Shown: positions 9,208-17,539 of the stretch, piece after piece
Layout of the letters: every line of letters begins with the position of its first letter
How positions within the stretch are numbered: the first letter of the stretch is position 1
DNA from: Acidobacteriota bacterium
GTDB lineage: Bacteria > Acidobacteriota > UBA890 > WLXD01
Length of the DNA: 64,000 nucleotides
Direction of reading: 5' to 3'
Assembly (NCBI GenBank): GCA_963666215.2
Contig: CAXWPL010000004.1
Location: 32,001-96,000, forward strand
Translations under genes and position numbers: made by a program
Notes under the pieces: model-generated
What the model was told of the DNA's origin: nothing
The model's database searches: none
The model's input: the letters and a program-made list of their open reading frames with translations, nothing else

Positions 9208-10244
9208 CCACAGTCCTCGACCGTATCGACCACCCCGGCCGCCTCGTCCTTCGGGACGGGTCGCCGCCTGACGCGAGCTACCGTGAAGCCGCCCGTGTCG
9301 TTGAGGTGCGGCCAGTACCGCGCCACGTTCGTACAGTCGGACCGCAGGCTCTTGCCATCCCACTCGGTGACGCCAGGCGCGGCGCTCAAGCCCGGCAGAT
9401 CGACGGCCAGGATCTCAGCGTCATCGCCGAGGCAATAGTCGAGAACGAGCTCGTTCTCTTCGGGTGCGAAGGTGCAGGTGGCGTAAACCAGAATGCCGCC
9501 CGGGCGCAACAGCCTCCACGCACGGCCAAGGAGTGTTGCCTGCAATCCCGAACGGCCGCGCAGAAAGCTGCTGCCAGCCTGACGCCCGCCGCCCGACTGC
9601 TGCCGGAGATTGCCCTCGCAGGAGCAAGGCACGTCGAGCAGAATGCGATCGAAAGGCGTTTCGTCGGACATGGGGAACCGGGTTCCGTCGATCGGCGTGA
9701 CAACAACGTTGTGAAGCCCGAGCCGATCGGAGTTCGACCGCAAGGCACGTAATCGTTGGGGCCTCACGTCGTTGGCCACCACCGTTCCGCGTCCCTCCAT
9801 CTGCACGGCGATCTGCGCTGTCTTGCCGCCCGGCGCGGCGCACAAGTCGAGCACGCGCTCTCCAGGTTGCGGGGCCAGCACCGGAGCTGGCGCGAGCGAG
9901 ATCTCTTCCTGCACATGCATCAGCCCCAGGTAGTGCTCGATCGTGATGCCTGGCTTGTTGAATCCCTCCACGCGCAGAGCTCCAGGGCACCACGCGATTC
10001 GCTCCACGCCCAGCCCACGGCGCTCCAGACGCCGCACGAGCAGGTCGGTGGTCTGAGCGGCCGTCTTGCACCACGAAGCGTCCGGCGGCAGTGCGTCGGA
10101 GCCTTCGAGTCGACGCATGTGCTCGGCGCGAAACGGGTTCGCCCAGACGACTGTCGGCAACGGCCGACGGCAGGCGGCCAGGAATGCCTGCCAGTCGTCA
10201 ACGATCTGACGATATCTCGATAGCCGCGCTTCTAATTCAGACAT
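9204..10244 (-). CDS. RsmB/NOP (RsmF-like) RNA m5C methyltransferase
   Basis: QEEIS, DLCAAPGGKT, LLDVPCSCEG, VYATCTFAPEENE, WPHLNDTGGF. Confidence 0.92.
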   Translation of the reverse strand: MSELEARLSRYRQIVDDWQAFLAACRRPLPTVVWANPFRAEHMRRLEGSDALPPDASWCKTAAQTTDLLVRRLERRGLGVERIAWCPGALRVEGFNKPGITIEHYLGLMHVQEEISLAPAPVLAPQPGERVLDLCAAPGGKTAQIAVQMEGRGTVVANDVRPQRLRALRSNSDRLGLHNVVVTPIDGTRFPMSDETPFDRILLDVPCSCEGNLRQQSGGGRQAGSSFLRGRSGLQATLLGRAWRLLRPGGILVYATCTFAPEENELVLDYCLGDDAEILAVDLPGLSAAPGVTEWDGKSLRSDCTNVARYWPHLNDTGGFTVARVRRRPVPKDEAAGVVDTVEDCG

Positions 10245-10336
10245 CTCAGCCGCATACTAGTGGGCTGTAGCAGCGGTCGAGTGTCGGCTTTCACATTCGC
10301 CCAACGTGCATCCTCAGACTCTAAGCAGAAGCGACT

Positions 10337-11497
10337 ATGCCAGCTGCGCCAGGCCCAGTCTGTTCTCGCGAGGTTGCTGCGAGGTCACGCCTCACGCCGG
10401 CTCTCGTTGCGCTAGCCCTGCTGACGTCCACCCTCGCCTTCACGGCTGCCGAGAACGCGGCCGCCACGCCTCCGATCGAGGCCGGGGCAACCCGGTCGCT
10501 GGAGCGGATCGACGGCGAGCAGCTCCTGCTGGTGCGCGAGGCGATGAACGTCGTCAAGACCGTCGGCGCCCGTCTTTGGCGCGGCTGGAGTGAGGTGCCA
10601 CCGACCACGCTCATCGTCGACACCCACACCGAGTTCCTCATCGGACTTCCGCCCGACAGCGAGCCTCCTCCCGGTTTCACGCGCGGCGACCAGGAGTTCA
10701 TGCGAGCGCCGATCTATACGCGGGACCGCGAGTTGCCCGTCACGCTGCGTACGGCGTTCCCGATTGGCGACATACCGATGGCGATCGTCGGCGCTTGGCA
10801 GCCCGAAGTGGAAACGTCCAACGAGTGGGTGGTGACGCTGTGTCAGCAGTGGTTCCACGTGCTGCAGCTGATGAGGGGAGAAGAAGGAAAGGTTGCCGCG
10901 TTGGAGCTGTCCGACGTGCCCTCCTGGCAGCTCGAGCTCCCCTTCCCCGAAGACCCCGACGTGGCGAACGCGGTGCAGTTGCTCGGCCAGGCGCTGTACG
11001 ACTTCTGGGCTCGAGGCTCCACGCTGCCGCGCGAGGGCCAGCGGGCATTTCTCGCCGAGACGGCGGCGGCCGCGCTCGCAAATCTGCGTACGGTGATCAC
11101 TTTGAAACATGGCGACGACGCCTACCGGTATTTTCGGGTTGCCACCTGGCGCGACGGCGTGGGCCGTTACAGCTCGGTGCAGATGGCACGCGAGATTGCG
11201 CGCGCAGAGATCCTCGGCGACTACGTCGCGGTGAACGGCTTCGGGCTCATGCGCGGGCATCAACGCTACGCGCAGATGTGGGAAGAGACCGTGCGCAACA
11301 ACTACCTGCTTATCCGCACAGCCGGCCGCCGCGGTGAGCCCGCGCTCACGGCGCTCCACGCCATCGGTCATGGCATCGCTGAGCTGCTCGACGCGATCGA
11401 CGATGACTGGAAGGCCCACTACTTCGAGCCCGACGTATGGCTCGACGACCAGGTCGCCGCGGCCCTCGGGCTGCCGGCGTACGGGACCGAGCATTAG
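10337..11497 (+). CDS. secreted protein, probable degenerate zincin-fold peptidase
   Basis: Signal peptide; TLCQQWFHVLQ in place of HExxH; WRDGVGRY in place of EGxA.Y. Confidence 0.6.
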   Translation: MPAAPGPVCSREVAARSRLTPALVALALLTSTLAFTAAENAAATPPIEAGATRSLERIDGEQLLLVREAMNVVKTVGARLWRGWSEVPPTTLIVDTHTEFLIGLPPDSEPPPGFTRGDQEFMRAPIYTRDRELPVTLRTAFPIGDIPMAIVGAWQPEVETSNEWVVTLCQQWFHVLQLMRGEEGKVAALELSDVPSWQLELPFPEDPDVANAVQLLGQALYDFWARGSTLPREGQRAFLAETAAAALANLRTVITLKHGDDAYRYFRVATWRDGVGRYSSVQMAREIARAEILGDYVAVNGFGLMRGHQRYAQMWEETVRNNYLLIRTAGRRGEPALTALHAIGHGIAELLDAIDDDWKAHYFEPDVWLDDQVAAALGLPAYGTEH

Positions 11498-11533
11498 ACC
11501 CTGACTGACAAGGCCAGCGAGACTTCACCCTCC

Positions 11534-12061
11534 GTGCCCGACACTCGCCAAACCGAGGCCGATGCCACGTTCGGGATGCTCGACCACCCGCAGCTCACGC
11601 GCCAGTGGCTGTTGCGCCGGCTGCAACGCGCTCTGACCTTCGATCTGGCGACCGCGGCGTTCCGACTCGGCCTCGCGGGTACCGCTCGAGGCTCCTCGAG
11701 CACCGTTCTAGCCACGCATGGGCAACGTGCGAAGGCGCGTGCCGAGTCGATCAGCGCCGCCATCGTCCAGCTGGGCTCCGCCCCCTACTCGTCGCTCGGC
11801 CTGAGCCGCGCCGCTGCCCGGCTCGGCGGCGGCGTACTGGGACTGGCGGGGGAATGGGCCTGGCGACCACTCCTGCAACGCCTCGCGCACCACACACTCT
11901 CGGAGTACGACACGCTTCGTGGGTTTCTCCGCGGACAGTCCGACTTGCCGCTGGCGGACCTGAATCGCGCGAGCGCGAAGTGGATGACCGAGATCGCTGA
12001 AGAGGTCCGGTGGATGGATGCCAACAGCCAGCCGAATTCGGGCTCCCCTCGTGTATCATGA
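11534..12061 (+). CDS. hypothetical protein, ferritin-like/Coq7-like fold lacking ExxH ligands (start may be ATG 11576)
   Basis: Helical pattern IVQLGSAP...GGVLGLAGE...LSEY resembles Coq7-type four-helix bundles. Confidence 0.5.
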   Translation: MPDTRQTEADATFGMLDHPQLTRQWLLRRLQRALTFDLATAAFRLGLAGTARGSSSTVLATHGQRAKARAESISAAIVQLGSAPYSSLGLSRAAARLGGGVLGLAGEWAWRPLLQRLAHHTLSEYDTLRGFLRGQSDLPLADLNRASAKWMTEIAEEVRWMDANSQPNSGSPRVS

Positions 12062-12112
12062 GGCGACCTGCCGCCAAGCTATTGACGTAGTCATTCGACG
12101 CGTCGCACTGCT

Positions 12113-12907
12113 ATGTCCGACCTGCCGGGAGCCTCGACAGAGCGGTTCACCATCTCGGGCGCCGTCGAGACACTCGGCGAGCTGGCCAGCGAAAGTGAAC
12201 TGCAGCGCGCGCGTCTCGAGGAGCGCAAGGGGGCCGTAGTTCTGCTCTCCGGCGGCCTCGACTCCGCGACAACCCTGGCGATCGCCAGGTCCAACGGCTT
12301 CGATTGCTACGCGCTCAGCGTCGACTACGGCCAGCGACACGCGGTAGAGCTCGATCGCGCGCGGGACCTGGCAATGTACATGGGAGCTTCCCACCGACAG
12401 GTCCGCGTCGACCTCCGCGGCTTTGGCGGCTCGGCTCTCACCGACGACGATATCGTTGTCCCCTATCCCCAAGCGCCGGCGCAGATCGGCAGCCAGATCC
12501 CCGCGACCTACGTCCCGGCGCGCAACACCATCCTGCTGTCGCTGGCACTGGCCTGGGCCGAGACGCTCGGCGCCCAGCATCTCTACATCGGCGCCAACGT
12601 GCGCGACTATTCCGGCTATCCCGACTGTCGCCCCGAGTTTCTGCGAGCCTTCGAGAAGCTCGCCAACTTGGGCACACGGGCCGGCGACGACGGTAAGCGC
12701 TTTTCGGTAGTTGCCCCGCTGCTGTCGAAAACGAAGGCCGACATTATTCGCTGGGCTGCCATGCTCGAAGTGCCGTTCGAGCTGACGCACTCCTGCTACG
12801 ATCCCGACTCCACCGGGCGCGCCTGCGGTCTCTGCGAGGCCTGTATCCTCCGCCGCCAGGGCTTTCGTGACGCCGAGGTCGAGGATCCAACGATCTATGC
12901 CGGTTGA
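12113..12907 (+). CDS. queC: 7-cyano-7-deazaguanine synthase
   Basis: LLSGGLDS, YGQRH, TYVPARN, DYSGYPDCRPEF, SCY...CGLCEAC. Confidence 0.97.
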   Translation: MSDLPGASTERFTISGAVETLGELASESELQRARLEERKGAVVLLSGGLDSATTLAIARSNGFDCYALSVDYGQRHAVELDRARDLAMYMGASHRQVRVDLRGFGGSALTDDDIVVPYPQAPAQIGSQIPATYVPARNTILLSLALAWAETLGAQHLYIGANVRDYSGYPDCRPEFLRAFEKLANLGTRAGDDGKRFSVVAPLLSKTKADIIRWAAMLEVPFELTHSCYDPDSTGRACGLCEACILRRQGFRDAEVEDPTIYAG

Positions 12908-13592
12908 AGTAGCCGCGCCCGAACAGCTCACCGACAGCCGGCTCGATCGAACCACTCTCACGATCAACGAGCTCTTCGTCTCGATCCAGGGCGAATCGAC
13001 GTGGGCAGGAAAACCGTGCGTTTTCGTGCGCACTACCGGCTGTCCGCTGCGCTGCCGCTGGTGCGACACCGAGTACGCGTTTCACGAAGGCACCCGCAGA
13101 AGCCTCGACAACGTGTTCGCCGAGGTCTGCCAGCACGCGATCCCACTCGTTGAGATCACCGGCGGCGAGCCGCTGGCTCAACCCGCGGTGCCGGCTCTGG
13201 CCGCGGCTCTTCTGGAGCGCGGCAAGACCGTTCTCGTTGAGACCTCGGGCGCCTTCGACATCTCCGTTCTTCCGAAAGGCGCGATGCGCATCATGGATCT
13301 CAAGTGCCCGGGATCCGGTGAGTGTGATCGCAACGATTTCGACAACATCGGGCGCCTCACCGCCGGCGACGAGATCAAATTCGTCGTCGCCGATCGTCTC
13401 GACTACGAGTGGGCCGTGGAGTGCATCGAGGAGTACGGCTTGGCGGGGCGCTTCCCGGTTCTCATGTCGTCGGTATGGGACGAGCTGCCGCCCGCCGAGC
13501 TGGCGCGATGGATCCTCGAAGACCAGTTGCCGGTACGGCTTCAGCTACAGATGCACAAGATCCTGTGGCCCGGCGTGGAGCGCGGCATCTGA
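12897..13592 (+). CDS. queE: 7-carboxy-7-deazaguanine synthase (radical SAM)
   Basis: SIQGES, FVRTTGCPLRCRWCDT, TGGEPL, QLQMHKILW. Confidence 0.95.
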   Translation: MPVEVAAPEQLTDSRLDRTTLTINELFVSIQGESTWAGKPCVFVRTTGCPLRCRWCDTEYAFHEGTRRSLDNVFAEVCQHAIPLVEITGGEPLAQPAVPALAAALLERGKTVLVETSGAFDISVLPKGAMRIMDLKCPGSGECDRNDFDNIGRLTAGDEIKFVVADRLDYEWAVECIEEYGLAGRFPVLMSSVWDELPPAELARWILEDQLPVRLQLQMHKILWPGVERGI

Positions 13593-14005
13593 TGGGCGGT
13601 GACCAGGAACAGCCGCAGCCGCGGCCGCAGTACGTAGAGCTCGAGATGAGCTTCGGTTTCGAAGCTTCCCATCAACTTCCCAGGGCGCCCGAAGGCTCGG
13701 TGTGCCGCCGCCTCCACGGACACTCCTGGAAAGTCGACATCCACCTGGCCGGCGCTCTCGACCCTGAGCCCGGCTGGCTCATCGACTATCACGACATCGA
13801 AGCCGCCTGGCGTGCGGTGCACAACACGCTCGACCATCGTCACCTCAACGAGATCGACGGCCTCGAAAACCCCACCAGCGAGCTGCTCGCCATCTGGATT
13901 TGGGACCGCTTGGCACCGGCACTCCCGTACCTGCTGCGCATCGTCGTGCACGAAACCTGCACCGCTTGCTGCTCTTACTTCGGCCCGGGGACAGGCTCTG
14001 TGTGA
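13592..14005 (+). CDS. queD: 6-carboxytetrahydropterin synthase
   Basis: ATG overlaps queE TGA; FEASH, CRRLHGHSW, LDHRHLNEI.GLENPTSE, HET. Confidence 0.95.
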   Translation: MGGDQEQPQPRPQYVELEMSFGFEASHQLPRAPEGSVCRRLHGHSWKVDIHLAGALDPEPGWLIDYHDIEAAWRAVHNTLDHRHLNEIDGLENPTSELLAIWIWDRLAPALPYLLRIVVHETCTACCSYFGPGTGSV

Positions 14006-14206
14006 ACGCAACGCGGGCCGTGGCGATCGCTAACCGAGTGTGCTTGAATCGCCACGAGTTTCAGAGCCGTTGCTAGGTAAACCACGTCGCCGGAACAAGG
14101 GTAGTCCACTCCCGGCGGCGAGCTTCTCCCGAGTCTCGCGGCGCTTTTCTTGATGCTCGCGGCGGCCCGAAAGCCCGGCCCCGAGACGCTCCTCGAAGGA
14201 GTTCCC

Positions 14207-14692
14207 ATGCGCGACCACAATGCCTCCTGGGTCCGCCGTTTGGCGGCGGTAACGATCCTCGGGCTGCTCACCGCTGCACTCAGCCCATCGCCGGCGGCGG
14301 CTCAAAACGTCGAGCTCGCCCTCGACGTCAACTGCAAGAACCTCAACTCCGACGACGATTGGGGCGACACCTCCGATTTCCTGGGTGACATCTTCTTGTG
14401 CCTGTGCGACAACCACACGTGGCAACTCTTGGACATCGCCGGCATCGCCCACGGAGGAAGATGGCAGTCGAACAACGGAATGAGGAACATTTACCTGCAA
14501 ATCGACGACAGCGACGGCGTCGCGCTGGCGGCTGCGTTCAAATACAGGACGTCCAAGGGCCGAGGCCGGGGCCACATGATGACCTGGATTCCGCCAGCGT
14601 CGATCCATACCGGCGAAGCGGACGCGAAGATCAGGGTAGAGGAAACCGATCCGGTGATCTGCTCAATAGGGCGGCCGCCAATCGACCGCTGA
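14207..14692 (+). CDS. secreted Cys-containing hypothetical protein
   Basis: GAAGGAG RBS, signal peptide ending AAA-Q, four Cys. Confidence 0.7.
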   Translation: MRDHNASWVRRLAAVTILGLLTAALSPSPAAAQNVELALDVNCKNLNSDDDWGDTSDFLGDIFLCLCDNHTWQLLDIAGIAHGGRWQSNNGMRNIYLQIDDSDGVALAAAFKYRTSKGRGRGHMMTWIPPASIHTGEADAKIRVEETDPVICSIGRPPIDR

Positions 14693-14735
14693 TCAACGTC
14701 CGAAAAACAAGCCGTTACCCCGAGCAGAGTCGCAC

Positions 14736-15122
14736 GTGACTTCCAACGGCTACACAGACGACCACGCGCGCGCTGGGCTCGATGTCGAGCTACCCGCGCT
14801 CGAGACGTTTCCCAATCAATTTCCCGGCTACACCATCCGGATCGACAACCCCGAATACACGTCGATCTGCCCGAAGACAGGCCTGCCCGACTTCGGCACC
14901 ATCACGATCGAATACCAGCCTGATGCCTCTTGCCTGGAGCTCAAGTCACTGAAGCTCTACCTGGTTGCCTATCGCGACGTCGGGATCTTCAACGAGAACG
15001 TCGTTAACCGGATCCTCGGTGACGTCGTCGCGGCATGCGATCCGGTTTGGTGCGAAGTCCGCGGCGAGTTCACGGCGCGCGGCGGATTGAGCTCTACGGT
15101 CGTAGCGCAGCACGAACGCTAG
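14736..15122 (+). CDS. queF: NADPH-dependent preQ0 reductase (unimodular)
   Basis: EYTSICPKTGLPDFG, ELKSLKLY, F.ARGG. Confidence 0.95.
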   Translation: MTSNGYTDDHARAGLDVELPALETFPNQFPGYTIRIDNPEYTSICPKTGLPDFGTITIEYQPDASCLELKSLKLYLVAYRDVGIFNENVVNRILGDVVAACDPVWCEVRGEFTARGGLSSTVVAQHER

Positions 15123-15163
15123 CCTTCAGCACCAGCGGCTCACGATCCCGTTAGCGGGCGTTT

Positions 15164-16228
15164 TCACTGCGAAGCCAGCCGCGCCGCGATCTTGGGCAAC
15201 GACGTCAGCACGGTCTCCCCGACAGCCTCGAGACTGCTCGCCGACAGCTTGTCGAAGGTGTCGAACGGCGAGTGCCAGTAGCGGTTGCTGCGGCCGTAGT
15301 CGAAGTCGATCAGGTCGACAGCCGCAACGCCGGCGCGGACGAACGGTATGTGGTCGTCTTCTATGGCGCGCATCGCGTTGGGGAATTCGCGGCCGTGGCC
15401 GATCTCCGCCGCCGTGTTCCAGATGATCTCGGTGAGCCACGGGCTCGAATTACCCTCGCGTTCGATCCCGAGGTCGGCGTCGCCGATCATGTCGAGCAGG
15501 ATCAGCGCGCCGATCTCACCCAGCGTGCCTCCCGCCTGCAGCTCGGCCACCATATGGCGGCTACCGTACGTGCTGTCCTCGGCCGTCCATTGCACCACCG
15601 CCTCCTCGCCATCGAAGAAGACGATACGTACCGGCATCGACGCAGGATGCTCGGCGAGAACGCGAGCGAGCTCCAGCAGGATGCCGGCGCTGGAGGCACC
15701 ATCGTTGGCGCCCACGAAGTCGACGCCCTCGAACAGCTTGGTGTCGAAGTGGCCACTCAGAACAATCACCTGTCCCTCGGTCTCGCCGTTGGCCGCCGGA
15801 ACCGTGGTGATGATGTTCGCCATCTCGACCTCACCAATCGGGGTGGCCGCCGTGAACGGATCGCGGGCGGGCAGCAGCCGATAGCTCCTGAGCGCCTCCT
15901 CGATGTAGACGCGATTCTCCTCGAGAGCGGCGCTCCCCAGCGGCCGCGGCCCCATGTCGACCATCGCTTTTGCGTGCGCCAGCGCCCTCTCGCCATCGAA
16001 GGCCCGCGCCGCCATTCCAAGCTCGTGCTGTGTCCCGCTCTCGGCCCCCGGCTCTGTGCTCAACTGCGCCTGGGGATGCGCGGGACCAGGACCGGGACCG
16101 GGACCGGGCACCGCACCGAGCAAGATCAGCGCAACGCCCACAGAACCGGCCACCCGAGCGAGCACCGCGGCGGCTGGCGTTCGGCGCCATGAGAAGCGCC
16201 TAGAATCTCCGGATCGTTTTCGCCGCAT
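15164..16228 (-). CDS. M28 family peptidase / glutaminyl cyclase-like
   Basis: GHFDTK, GANDGASS, FFDGEE, DMIGD, EDDHIPF, WHSPFD. Confidence 0.9.
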   Translation of the reverse strand: MRRKRSGDSRRFSWRRTPAAAVLARVAGSVGVALILLGAVPGPGPGPGPAHPQAQLSTEPGAESGTQHELGMAARAFDGERALAHAKAMVDMGPRPLGSAALEENRVYIEEALRSYRLLPARDPFTAATPIGEVEMANIITTVPAANGETEGQVIVLSGHFDTKLFEGVDFVGANDGASSAGILLELARVLAEHPASMPVRIVFFDGEEAVVQWTAEDSTYGSRHMVAELQAGGTLGEIGALILLDMIGDADLGIEREGNSSPWLTEIIWNTAAEIGHGREFPNAMRAIEDDHIPFVRAGVAAVDLIDFDYGRSNRYWHSPFDTFDKLSASSLEAVGETVLTSLPKIAARLASQ

Positions 16229-16325
16229 GTCGTCACCTCATCAGTTCTTCAATGGCGGCCGCCAGGCGCGCCAGGTTTCCAGCTGGTTTCGAGTTGTTTC
16301 CAGTGCTCGATCTCCGTCGACCTCG

Positions 16326-17441
16326 ATGATGCCAATCGCAACACGGCAGCGCACCTCTGGCGCCTCGCGCAGCTCCTCTCTTATTGCGCAATCGCCTCCG
16401 CTCCTGCCGCCCTTCGTGCCTCCCCTGTGGCTTCACGGCGGTCACGCGCAAACGCTCTGGGCAAACTACGCTGAGCGCGCCACGAACACGGAACCTCTGG
16501 TTGAAGGTGCAACAGTAATCCACGTCAGGGTCGAGGATGGTGACGAGCTGCGCGTTCACTGGACGCAGAGTCCGAAGAAGAACGCCGCCGCGCCGCCTGC
16601 GAGAAGCGATGTCGCGTCCGGTCACCCTGTTCTGCTGTTGCTGCACGGGCTCACGGGATGCGCCGGCTCGCCGGGCCTGACCGCCCTGGGGGCGAAGGCG
16701 CTCGATAGAGGTTTCGACGTCGTCCGCGTTGATTTGCGCAATGCCTTCGGCGATACGCCGAGCGTCGGTGTGGGCCACGCCGGCCGCTCCGAAGACTTCC
16801 GAGCGGCGCTCGATCATATCGGCCTCGTGGCTCCTGGCCGGCCCGTGTGCGCCATCGGCCAGTCGATGGGCGGCAACATCGCCCTCAAGGCCGCCGGCGA
16901 GTACGGCAACGCCGCACCGCCCCAGCTGCGAGCCGTCGTGGGGATCTCGGTCCCTATCGACCTCGACGCCGCGAGCACCTTGATCGACCGACGTTCGAAC
17001 TGGCCCTACCGACGCTATTTCCTTCGCCGCCTCGAGCAGATCTTCGCCATACGCTCTGGCCTCAACCCCGAAATCTATCGCGGCGTGCAATACCGTGGCA
17101 TGCGCACGCTGCGCGAATTCGACAACGCGGTCGTTGCCGGCATCTGCGACTTCGCCGACGCGGACGACTACTACCGGCGCTCCAGCAGCGTTCGCACGAT
17201 CGACCAGGTTCGAGTGCCAACGCTGCTGATCCAGTCGCGCGACGATCCCTTCGTCCCTTTCGCGTCGTACGGCGACCCACGGGTTCGGAACAACCCTTGC
17301 GTCACACTGGCTTCAACGCCACGTGGTGGACACGTGGGCTTCTACGCACGCTCCGCGGCCGACGATGTCGACCGCTACTGGGCGGAGAATCGGGCCCTCG
17401 ATTTTTGCGCCAGCTCGTTGTGCGGAGCTAGCCCCAGCTGA
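16326..17441 (+). CDS. YheT-like alpha/beta hydrolase (start uncertain)
   Basis: GGHAQT, LHGLTG, GQSMGG, FD..V, DDPFVP, GGHVGF. Confidence 0.88.
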   Translation: MMPIATRQRTSGASRSSSLIAQSPPLLPPFVPPLWLHGGHAQTLWANYAERATNTEPLVEGATVIHVRVEDGDELRVHWTQSPKKNAAAPPARSDVASGHPVLLLLHGLTGCAGSPGLTALGAKALDRGFDVVRVDLRNAFGDTPSVGVGHAGRSEDFRAALDHIGLVAPGRPVCAIGQSMGGNIALKAAGEYGNAAPPQLRAVVGISVPIDLDAASTLIDRRSNWPYRRYFLRRLEQIFAIRSGLNPEIYRGVQYRGMRTLREFDNAVVAGICDFADADDYYRRSSSVRTIDQVRVPTLLIQSRDDPFVPFASYGDPRVRNNPCVTLASTPRGGHVGFYARSAADDVDRYWAENRALDFCASSLCGASPS

Positions 17442-17539
17442 GTCAAGGAGTCGGCACGCGTTCGAGCCCACCTCTGCTCCTCCGCGGGGGCTGCTAGTCT
17501 GAAGCCGATCGGTCGCAGCTCAATCTCCCCTTCGTTGTC

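Noticed and set aside
14070-14120. c-di-GMP-I or preQ1 riboswitch
   Set aside because: Only GGTAAACC matches; the GAAA loop, GCAAAGC and preQ1 core are absent
12113-15122. que genes as a Dpd/Qat-type DNA-modification or defence system
   Set aside because: Canonical housekeeping motifs, queF is present, and there is no adjacent dpdA/B/C, ATPase or nuclease
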